A DNA stretch of 64,000 bases. Origin: Candidatus Moraniibacteriota bacterium. GTDB taxonomy: Bacteria; Patescibacteriota; Minisyncoccia; Moranbacterales; UBA1568. A program made the position numbers and the translations under genes. The notes below the pieces were generated by a model. That model was not told the origin of the DNA, ran no database searches, and saw only the letters and a program-made list of their open reading frames with translations. Location: the NCBI GenBank assembly GCA_049287005.1, contig JBAQEZ010000003.1:181958-245957 (forward strand), in the 5' to 3' direction. Shown piece by piece: positions 37,648-45,562 of this stretch; positions within the stretch are counted from its first letter, which is position 1, and every line of letters starts with the position of its first letter.

Positions 37648-38472
37648 TTGCAGGATGGGAACAGTCACGCTATGAAGAATGGTTTCGGTGCAAGGAATTT
37701 TGGAAACTCTCTCTCGCAATTGAATATGCTCTGTCAAAGAGCGCTTTTGACGAAAAGCGGCATGTATTCCTGTCTCGCTTTTTTTTCTTTCGGTATGATG
37801 GGAATCGTACCTGTTTTGCCACGGATACCAGAGAGCGCTTCTGTTGTTCGAGGGACACTCGCGGCTATCAGTGAAAAGACGTCGGAAAATCCCTCGGCTA
37901 TGGAGCGCTGCTATTGGCAGGAGGATGTGACGCAGTTTTTGACTTTGCAAGAACAAAAGAAGGGGATCTCCCAAACAGATATCCCTTGCGCAAAGAAGCT
38001 TACGGCCAATAACCCAGAAGCGAAAAAGAAACGAATCGTTTCCGAGACTGAACTGGGCACGACGATTCATGAATTGACAGACGGATATCCGCTGCAGGCA
38101 ATGGCACCGATGATTGCACAGTATGATCGCGGCGTAGCCGCTCTCATTGTTGGGATTGCCAAGAAAGAAAGCAATTGGGGGAAACGCGTCCCACTGGATA
38201 AGGAGGGAGCAGACTGTTTCAATTATTGGGGATACAAAGGGGCGGGGACTCGCGGCGTCGCGATGGGACATGGCTGCTTCGGCAGTCCTGAGGAGGCTGT
38301 TACGGCCGTTGGCAATCGTTTGAAAACATTGGTGGCACTGAGAGAGACGAGCGCGCCGGCAGATATGATCATCTGGAAGTGCGGTTCCAGCTGCAAGGGT
38401 CACAGTGATGAGAGTGTCAGAAAATGGATCAGTGATGTTTCTCTCTATTATAATCGCGTAGCCTTCAAGTAA
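37648..38472 (+). CDS. Paralog 2 of the GH73/glucosaminidase-like domain protein. The start is uncertain.
   Basis: LIVGIAKKESNWGKRVP ... CFNYWGYKG ... IIWKCGSSCKGHSDESVRKWISDV, about 50% identical to the preceding gene over the C-terminal 150 aa. Confidence 0.4.
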   Translation: MQDGNSHAMKNGFGARNFGNSLSQLNMLCQRALLTKSGMYSCLAFFSFGMMGIVPVLPRIPESASVVRGTLAAISEKTSENPSAMERCYWQEDVTQFLTLQEQKKGISQTDIPCAKKLTANNPEAKKKRIVSETELGTTIHELTDGYPLQAMAPMIAQYDRGVAALIVGIAKKESNWGKRVPLDKEGADCFNYWGYKGAGTRGVAMGHGCFGSPEEAVTAVGNRLKTLVALRETSAPADMIIWKCGSSCKGHSDESVRKWISDVSLYYNRVAFK

Positions 38473-38716
38473 TGATGGTTGTAATCGCCTGGCAGCGTCC
38501 CTGTCGGGTGATTTTTTTTATTTTCTTTTCCGCAGACTTCATGAGGGCCGCAACGAAGTTTTGCGTACTGAATATCGGATACGAAGACAGTCGTGCCGTA
38601 TGGTGACGGAGTAACGGTAGCATCGCGCGTCATGAGCGGGAAATCATATGTTTTGGTACGATACGCATGGCTCACAACCCTGCGTCAAGTTACGCAAAAG
38701 GAAGTATATAAAAAAC

Positions 38717-38745
38717 TTGACAAGTATCAGTGAAAATGCTATGAA
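38717..38745 (+). promoter_or_regulatory. Candidate sigma70-type promoter (TTGACA-17 nt-TATGAA) with an upstream A/T-rich region
   Basis: TTGACA at 38717-38722, a 17-nt spacer, TATGAA at 38740-38745, about 120 nt upstream of the lipoprotein start. Confidence 0.4.
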
Positions 38746-38865
38746 GACCGCACAAGTGAGAAACTTCCTTCGCTTAAAAAAGTGCGGGGAGCGGGTAATG
38801 GAAGAGGATGTCCTTTAATAGTTGTTCAACAACGCCCTAACGGGCACACGAAAGAGAGGCTCAAG

Positions 38866-40329
38866 ATGGAAAGCTCCAGAAACGTTGGTCGTGGTTCGAT
38901 CATTTGGGCGGCCCTTGTGGCTGCGTCTATTTTCCTTTCCGGCTGCGGTGGCGGCGATGGGGGGAACGAAGGGAGCGGGGGAGTAGCCCCGCCTCCCGCA
39001 CCGACCACCGTCGAGGTGGTCTGCCCCAATGGGAAGCCTTCGACGGGAGCAACGACAGCCGAGGCGAAGGCCGCCTGTCTCGTTCCGGTCGTACTCTCGG
39101 TCGTTCCGGCCGATGGCACCAAGAAGGTGGCTCTTCCCTTCGCGGGGATCGTGGTGGTGACAGACAGTCTGCTCGATATGGGCAGCTTCACGGTTACCAT
39201 CAGTGTGGGCAGCAGTGTGACGGCCAGCGGGCCTGTCACGAAGACCGACGACAAGGGATTCAAGTATCTCCCCTCGGTGGTTCTCCAGTACGGCCAGGCC
39301 TATAGCTACCTCATCAAGGGGGCGGATACGTTCGGCAAGCCGATCGAGGCCAGCGGGTCGTTCACTACGGCCACGCAATCCTTCGACAAGGCGGTGGTAT
39401 CGGGGGCAGTGTCCATCACCATGATGGATCTCACCACATCTGCCACCCAGACGCCGACGATTACCGATAGCGGTTGTCTCGGCGTGGCCTATAACGGTCA
39501 GACGGGGATGATCCGCATCTACTGTTCCGCATCCCCGACCACGAAGTATTTCTGGGATGTCGACCCTATCACGGCAGCCGCGACACCGGTGACAGCACCC
39601 TTCGCGGGCTTTGATGGGGTGGCCAAGGCGCTCTTGTCTATCGGCGCGAACGGCCGGCAGTACTATGTAGTCGGCTTTCCTCTGAGCGGCAAATCCAGCT
39701 CGCGGGTGGTGGCAGTGGATAACGGCGGCACCAAGCTCGCCGAAATCCCGCTCTCAACTCATGCTACTTCTTCCGACTACATCCTCTGGATGCAGCTGGA
39801 TGAAGCGAGCGGAAAGCTGTGGATCGCTTCCCGGGGCGGCGTTCTGGATCGTATTGATCTGGGGACGCTGAAAACCGATCTGTCTATCGCCACGGCCACG
39901 ACGCTCAACATGATGAAAATCATGGGTGGCAATGTCATCGTCGCTGTGGACCGCACGACATCCGGAGCCGACGCCCTCGTTTTCAACAAGCTGACGGGAG
40001 CCAAAGTGAAGGAGATCGCTTTGCCGGCTACGGGAACAACCGGTGTCAGGCTGTCGTATGGCATGGTGCTCACGACAAGCGATATCGTGATCGCGTCACC
40101 GGGCGGATACTACCGTCTTGACCCGGAAACCTTTGCCGTACGGGGGTTCGTGCCGGTCGCTGTGTTTTTCGGCGGCACCTCCGATGACATGATCAGTGTC
40201 AGCGGGCACGTCTACGGGAATCACGCGGATGACATCTTCAGTCTTCCGCTGGATCTCTCGGTGGCGACGAAAATCGCCACAGTAGCCGGCTCGCGGGGTG
40301 TCACGCGCGTCACGAACGTTACGCCCTAG
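38866..40329 (+). CDS. Hypothetical secreted lipoprotein (about 490 aa, beta-rich)
   Basis: Start MESSRNV with an AAGAGAGG ribosome-binding site. Signal peptide plus lipobox IFLSGC followed by a Gly-rich linker. Threonine/valine-rich beta-strand pattern throughout. Confidence 0.5.
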   Translation: MESSRNVGRGSIIWAALVAASIFLSGCGGGDGGNEGSGGVAPPPAPTTVEVVCPNGKPSTGATTAEAKAACLVPVVLSVVPADGTKKVALPFAGIVVVTDSLLDMGSFTVTISVGSSVTASGPVTKTDDKGFKYLPSVVLQYGQAYSYLIKGADTFGKPIEASGSFTTATQSFDKAVVSGAVSITMMDLTTSATQTPTITDSGCLGVAYNGQTGMIRIYCSASPTTKYFWDVDPITAAATPVTAPFAGFDGVAKALLSIGANGRQYYVVGFPLSGKSSSRVVAVDNGGTKLAEIPLSTHATSSDYILWMQLDEASGKLWIASRGGVLDRIDLGTLKTDLSIATATTLNMMKIMGGNVIVAVDRTTSGADALVFNKLTGAKVKEIALPATGTTGVRLSYGMVLTTSDIVIASPGGYYRLDPETFAVRGFVPVAVFFGGTSDDMISVSGHVYGNHADDIFSLPLDLSVATKIATVAGSRGVTRVTNVTP

Positions 40330-40354
40330 TTCCTTCAGAGTCGCACTGATGACT

Positions 40355-40394
40355 CGCCGCTACGCACAGTTTTCCCTGCGTAGCGGCTTTTTTA
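40355..40394 (+). terminator. Strong rho-independent terminator
   Basis: CGCCGCTACGCAcagttttcccTGCGTAGCGGC followed by TTTTTTAT. Confidence 0.85.
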
Positions 40395-40479
40395 TACTTG
40401 CAACCACTCGACAGATTTCTTGATGAGTATCCAGTGCGAGGTTTCGTGCTCTCTCTTTTTGTCCGTTCCCCTCCGTTCT

Positions 40480-42657
40480 TCAGGCATGAGAATCGTCTGA
40501 GTCGGCGGCGTACGAGGCGGGGCTGTCAGAATGTGAATATATATACGTATCACGCAGGCCTAAATCCTTTGTGAGGAGGAGTGCCGCTTCGATCAACTGG
40601 TCGGATAGCGCGGCGTTTTCCGTTATGCCGGTCGATGTGGACGCTCGCGGGTATTTCAGGAGCAGCGTCTGTCCGTATGGGTGACGCTCTTCCGGGCAGT
40701 CATCTGGGACGATACCCACGAATTCCGCTCCCCTCAGGACGACTGATTGCGGCGCACAATGAAAATTCGCAAGACAGAGGGCAAAACATACGATAGTATT
40801 GCCATGTTGATTCCCGCTGTCAGACGTCAGCAACCGTGAAGCGGGTGTACAGAGGAGTCGGTCACTACCGAGATCTGTACGAAGAAGCGTAATCTGTCCG
40901 GCGATATTCCCATTCCTCTCTGTAGCGATAAGCACGAAATGTTTGGCAATATTTTTTTCATACTGCTTTTCATCCACCGTCAGCGGCTGCCAGCATTGAT
41001 GGTAAAGCTGATAGGAGGCGTGTATTCTGGGCGAGTGCGGAACAAGAAGAGAAAACGTGAGGTGATCCGTTTTCAAAAGTTCCTGTATCAGTTCGAACTG
41101 ATTCGGCGGCAGCTGTTTCTTGAGAACAGTGCGCTGCACTTTCCCCGTCGAAGTCATAGGGAGTTTTTCTGATGCGATGGAGGTGATATATCGTGGGGTC
41201 TCATAGGTGCTGATGTGCGGCGATTCCGAGAGCAACAGGAGTTTCAGATGTCTCGTCTTGTTCTCAATATCGACGCCGGGCTTCCAACAAATGGCAGCCG
41301 CGACCTCCTCTCCATAGCGATCATCCGTTACGCTGATGACGTAGGCCTGATCGATATCGGCCGATATTTTCTTGAGACTATTTTCTACGGCGGAGGGAGA
41401 AATATTGACACCGCCTTTGATGATGATTTCTTTTTTTCTCCCTTTGAGGAAAAAGAAACGCCGCCCTTCGAGAATTTTGAACAATCCGATGTCTCCCGTC
41501 AAAAAATATCCGTCCCGAAAAGCTGGCTCTCCGCCCACGTATCCATCCATGACAGCCGCTCCTGCAACGATAAGCTCGCCCTCTTCGTTTTCGTTGAGGA
41601 TTACACCGGCGTCATCCGCAATTTGCAGATCCGCCCAGGGCATCGGAATACCGATAGAATTCGCTTCAATCATCTCTTGATACAGGTTCGCAGAGAGATC
41701 CATCGGTACGCCCGTCACACGGAGGGACGTTTCGGTTTGACCATAGCCTTGATAGAGCGGGATGTGGTATTTATTGTGGAATTCAAAAACGCTTTGCGCA
41801 ATGACGGGAGCAGAACCGATCTGGATCCGATTCAAGAGCAGCTCTTTTTTTACGGACGCGTATTCGGACTCGCGGCTGAGTTGGTCGTGCACGATGGACT
41901 GAACGATGGACGTGAACGTCGTACGGGTTGCGGCGGCCTGATGCCAGAAGTTCGAATTCGAATACGCCGGGGGGATGGCGATGGAGCCGCCAGACAGCAG
42001 TGTCGCGAGACAGAACGTTGTTGAATTGATATGGTGGAGCGGCAAATTGACGAGAAAACGATCTCGTTCCTCTATCCGCAGCCAGTGGCGGATGCCGTTC
42101 GCGTTCACTACGAGATTCTGTAGTGAGAGTTTCGCGCCCTTAGGATAGCCGGTGGTTCCGGAGGTAAATAAAATAAGCGCGAGGTGCGACAGGTCGTCTG
42201 CCCATGGCGTGTTCCCGATCGCTGTGCGCGGCAATGCGGAAAATATCTCGATCTTGATTCCCGAAAAACCGTCACGATCGATAGTTTCAGATATTTTGTC
42301 TTGGATGATGAGCAGCTTGGCGTGGTTCAGCGCGATTTTGTACCGATAGAGCTCGCTGGTATCATGCTTGACGTCGAGGGGAACGGTAACGATACCTATG
42401 CTCCATGCCGCCCAACTGAGTATCAGGAGTTCTGTTGAGTTGCTGAACGCCAGCGCAATGCGGCTGTCTTTTCGGAGCCCTAACCCCAAGAGGTAGGCGG
42501 CGGCATCTTCTATCTTTTCTGCCAGCCGACCATAAGAAATCTCCTCAGTGATGAGCCCATCTTGCGCGCAAGAGAGGAGAGCGATCTTTTCGGGATTATT
42601 TTTCGCCGCAGAAGCGAAGAAAGAGTGAAGATTTTCAGCGGGAGAGGTCGCTTTCAT
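40480..42657 (-). CDS. AMP-dependent synthetase/ligase (fatty acyl-AMP ligase or acyl-CoA synthetase-like adenylation enzyme) fused to a C-terminal domain of about 195 aa of unknown function
   Basis: ANL-superfamily core motifs: LFTSGTTGYPKGA (A3), YGQTE (A5), LTGDIG (A7), GRKKEIIIKGGVNISP (A8), PMTSTGKVQR (A10 Lys). The C-terminal region (GNTIVCFALCL ... VLRGAEFVGI) has no motif I can assign. Confidence 0.8.
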   Translation of the reverse strand: MKATSPAENLHSFFASAAKNNPEKIALLSCAQDGLITEEISYGRLAEKIEDAAAYLLGLGLRKDSRIALAFSNSTELLILSWAAWSIGIVTVPLDVKHDTSELYRYKIALNHAKLLIIQDKISETIDRDGFSGIKIEIFSALPRTAIGNTPWADDLSHLALILFTSGTTGYPKGAKLSLQNLVVNANGIRHWLRIEERDRFLVNLPLHHINSTTFCLATLLSGGSIAIPPAYSNSNFWHQAAATRTTFTSIVQSIVHDQLSRESEYASVKKELLLNRIQIGSAPVIAQSVFEFHNKYHIPLYQGYGQTETSLRVTGVPMDLSANLYQEMIEANSIGIPMPWADLQIADDAGVILNENEEGELIVAGAAVMDGYVGGEPAFRDGYFLTGDIGLFKILEGRRFFFLKGRKKEIIIKGGVNISPSAVENSLKKISADIDQAYVISVTDDRYGEEVAAAICWKPGVDIENKTRHLKLLLLSESPHISTYETPRYITSIASEKLPMTSTGKVQRTVLKKQLPPNQFELIQELLKTDHLTFSLLVPHSPRIHASYQLYHQCWQPLTVDEKQYEKNIAKHFVLIATERNGNIAGQITLLRTDLGSDRLLCTPASRLLTSDSGNQHGNTIVCFALCLANFHCAPQSVVLRGAEFVGIVPDDCPEERHPYGQTLLLKYPRASTSTGITENAALSDQLIEAALLLTKDLGLRDTYIYSHSDSPASYAADSDDSHA

Positions 42658-42800
42658 AGCTTTGAATTACGAAGCGCTGCGATATCCAGAGACAATCTTT
42701 ATCACCAAAAGCAGGCTTATTTTAAAACATGATAAGTATAACATATATGAATTTCGCGATCTGCAAGATCCGTTGAAGCGCATTGGTTTCAAAACCTCAT

Positions 42801-42829
42801 TTGAAATTGTCGCCGTATTCTGTTAAAAT
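42801..42829 (+). promoter_or_regulatory. Candidate sigma70-type promoter TTGAAA-17 nt-TAAAAT
   Basis: TTGAAA at 42801-42806, a 17-nt spacer, TAAAAT at 42824-42829, about 40 nt before the 42868 start. It lies in the divergent region between the FAAL-like gene and the PKS-like operon. Confidence 0.5.
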
Positions 42830-42867
42830 AGAAGAGTTAAAGCCTGCGTTTTTAATCAATTAAAGCA

Positions 42868-43281
42868 ATGAGAAGTATGAAAATCAAAACATTATTAGGA
42901 GTCTCTGCCGTCTACATGGGACTGCTTGGACTCGGATTTTTATTGGTGCCGGGAATGATGAGTCTCGGGGCGGTTCCTGCGGGGGCATCTGCGGCGATGA
43001 TCGCCTACCTGCGTATCCCTGCCAGCCTGTTCATCGGCATAGCGGTTGTCAATTGGATGGTAAGGAAAGCGGAGCCCGATGCTGCGCTGCGAGTCATCGT
43101 TTTTGGCAACATGGTCGGTTTTGGTCTGACGGCTCTCCTGGAGGTGCTCAGCGCGTTCAGCGATAACCGTATCTCTACTTTTGTATTCGCGGCTATCAAT
43201 ATGTTTTTCGCGGTTGCTTTTCTTTTGGCGCGAGGGCAAGCGCAGCAAGCCAATCCTCAGGACCCCGGACATTTTGAGTAG
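42868..43281 (+). CDS. Small 4-TM membrane protein of unknown function
   Basis: 137 aa with four hydrophobic helices (LLGVSAVYMGLLGLGFLLV; LFIGIAVVNWMV; VIVFGNMVGFGLTALLEVL; FVFAAINMFFAVAFLL). Confidence 0.45.
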   Translation: MRSMKIKTLLGVSAVYMGLLGLGFLLVPGMMSLGAVPAGASAAMIAYLRIPASLFIGIAVVNWMVRKAEPDAALRVIVFGNMVGFGLTALLEVLSAFSDNRISTFVFAAINMFFAVAFLLARGQAQQANPQDPGHFE

Positions 43282-43483
43282 TCGTTGTTAGGCGCCTCTT
43301 CCCAGGTGACCCAAGAAAAACGTGCAATCGCTCGTGATTTATGGGTCATCTGCTCTGCCGGTCTTGTTCTGCGCGGGTACTCTGCGATTCACGGCAGGCG
43401 TACAACCTCGAGCATACGCTCGCGGGGGTTCAGGCAACGCGCTCTGCCAAAAAGCGAAACTCAGAAGGTAATCACGATACTGC

Positions 43484-45562
43484 ATGAAAAGGCACTCCTA
43501 TTACAATAATGATATTTGCGTTGTTGGCGTGGGGTGTGTTTTGCCTGGCGCGCGTAATCCTCGTGAATTTTGGAAGAACATCCTTGCAGAAAACTGTTCC
43601 ATAAAAGAAATGCCCGAAGAAAGGTTCAAAAAAAGCCTTTATTTCAGCAACGACAAAAACGAAAAGGACAAAGCGTATTCCAACCAGGCGGCGTTCATTG
43701 AAAATAGCTGGCTGGAAAAAATATGCGAAGATGCGGGCTTGGATTTCTCAAAAAACAATAGGCTGCAGGTCATGTCCGTTGAAGCGGCGCGACAAGCTCT
43801 GTCTTGTTTACGAGCCGGTTCCCTGAAAAAAAGAACGGAAAACACCTCCGTGTTTTTGGGATGCATGGAAACGGACGCCGGCTTTGCTTTAGAGAAATTT
43901 TTTTCTTATAATGAAACATCGCTGAAGAAATATATTGAAAAAAGCGGACTGAAGGATCAGCAGCGGATTTTTGGAGCGATCAAAAAACATTGCGGCGGAG
44001 GCGGGAGCACCGCCGAAAATGAAAAAATCGCGACGGTGCTGGCAATGTCAGCGGTCAGCGCGATCAAGAAACAATTCAGCGTGCGAGGAGAAGGTGTTCT
44101 CGTGGATGCCGCCTGCGCTTCGTCTTTGGCGGCTCTCGATACGGCAGCGAATGCCTTGAGAAACTATCAGACTGATTTCGCGATTACCGGAGGGGCGGAG
44201 AGCAATTTGAAACCCGATTCTTTCGTGTTATTCAGCAAGGTTGGCGCCTTATCGAGCGGCACCTGCCTGCCTTTCGACAAAAGAACCGACGGTCTGTCTC
44301 AGGGCGAGGGAGCGGTCATTTTCGCTCTACAAAGGATGGAAGACGCGGTGAAAGACAAGAACAAAATTTATGGCGTCATACAATCCATCGGCGGTTCCAG
44401 TGACGGCAGAGGGTCCAGTCTGTTTTCGCCGTCTTTGGGGGGTCAGCTTTTGGCTTATGAAAGAGCGTATCAAGGCCTCGATAAAGAGAGTGTCGATTAT
44501 ATCGAATGTCATGGCACTGGCACGAAATTGGGTGATTCGATGGAAGTGAAATCACTGAACAAATTTTTTCCTAGCGGGAAGATCCCTATCGGTTCGGTAA
44601 AATCACTGATCGGACACACCAAAGGAGCCGCCGGAGCCGCCGGACTTTTGAAATGTCTTTTGATGATGGAAAAGAAAACGATCCCGTCTTCGCGATATAT
44701 CCGATCCTCTATGGCGCCTCAAGAGGGGACAGTCTATACGAATAAAAAACCGATGCAGATTCGGCGCAAAAACAAGCCACTGCGTTTCGGAGTTTCTTCA
44801 TTCGGATTCGGCAATATCAATTACCATGTGGTGCTGGATGAATTCAAGGAGAACGGGGCAGTGATGCCGCCAGCGGTGAAGAAGCCGGCGGGTGAGCGCG
44901 AAATCGCGGTCATAGGAGAGGGTTCGGCGCGTTACGATGAAATCGATCCCAGTTTGTTCGTGGAAAAATTCAAGATTCCTCCGAAAAGCCTTCCGCACAC
45001 GGACAAAATACAATTATTGGCGCTGTCCGCCGTGCATGACGCTTTCGAAAAATCCAACATCAAAATCGATTCCTTGGATAAGGAAAAAGTGTCCGTTCTC
45101 TCCGCTTCCATCATCGGATTGGATGCGGCTTTGGATTTTGCTTATCGGATAATGACGTTTGAATTTCAGGAGGCTTTGAATTTTCTTGATGAAGAGTCGC
45201 TCAATGCGATGGTAACGTATAAGAACAGGTTTCCTGAAGTGACGGAAGATACCGGTCCCGGTATTCTGAACAATGTCATTGCGGGCAGGATCTGTAACAC
45301 GTTTGATTTCAAAGGGAAGAATTTCAATATTGATGCGGATCTCAATTCTTTTCCTGCAGCCTTGAAGATAGCTCTGGCAGAGTTTGCCAGATATGATGGC
45401 ATCATCGCGCTGGTGTTTTGCGAAGAAAAGCTCGATAAGAAAAGAATGCGCATTGCAAGGAAGCAGGCCGTATCCTGTATCTTGCTCTCGACGCTTGATG
45501 TGGCGAAACAAGAAAATTACCCGATTCGCAGGCTGATTAAAAGCGTACACTATCATGAATAA
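43484..45562 (+). CDS. Type I PKS-like beta-ketoacyl synthase with a C-terminal degenerate KS-like (chain-length-factor-type) half
   Basis: KS active-site Cys in VLVDAACASSLAALD, His in ECHGTGTKLGD and His in SLIGHTKGAAGAAG. The C-terminal 260 aa are KS-like but have Ser/Gln in place of the catalytic Cys (VLSASIIGL). Confidence 0.85.
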   Translation: MKRHSYYNNDICVVGVGCVLPGARNPREFWKNILAENCSIKEMPEERFKKSLYFSNDKNEKDKAYSNQAAFIENSWLEKICEDAGLDFSKNNRLQVMSVEAARQALSCLRAGSLKKRTENTSVFLGCMETDAGFALEKFFSYNETSLKKYIEKSGLKDQQRIFGAIKKHCGGGGSTAENEKIATVLAMSAVSAIKKQFSVRGEGVLVDAACASSLAALDTAANALRNYQTDFAITGGAESNLKPDSFVLFSKVGALSSGTCLPFDKRTDGLSQGEGAVIFALQRMEDAVKDKNKIYGVIQSIGGSSDGRGSSLFSPSLGGQLLAYERAYQGLDKESVDYIECHGTGTKLGDSMEVKSLNKFFPSGKIPIGSVKSLIGHTKGAAGAAGLLKCLLMMEKKTIPSSRYIRSSMAPQEGTVYTNKKPMQIRRKNKPLRFGVSSFGFGNINYHVVLDEFKENGAVMPPAVKKPAGEREIAVIGEGSARYDEIDPSLFVEKFKIPPKSLPHTDKIQLLALSAVHDAFEKSNIKIDSLDKEKVSVLSASIIGLDAALDFAYRIMTFEFQEALNFLDEESLNAMVTYKNRFPEVTEDTGPGILNNVIAGRICNTFDFKGKNFNIDADLNSFPAALKIALAEFARYDGIIALVFCEEKLDKKRMRIARKQAVSCILLSTLDVAKQENYPIRRLIKSVHYHE

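Noticed and set aside
37480-38403. 307-aa minus-strand ORF antisense to GH73-like paralog 2
   Set aside because: Arg/Cys/His-rich and low-complexity. It lies entirely inside a plus-strand gene that has a conserved paralog.
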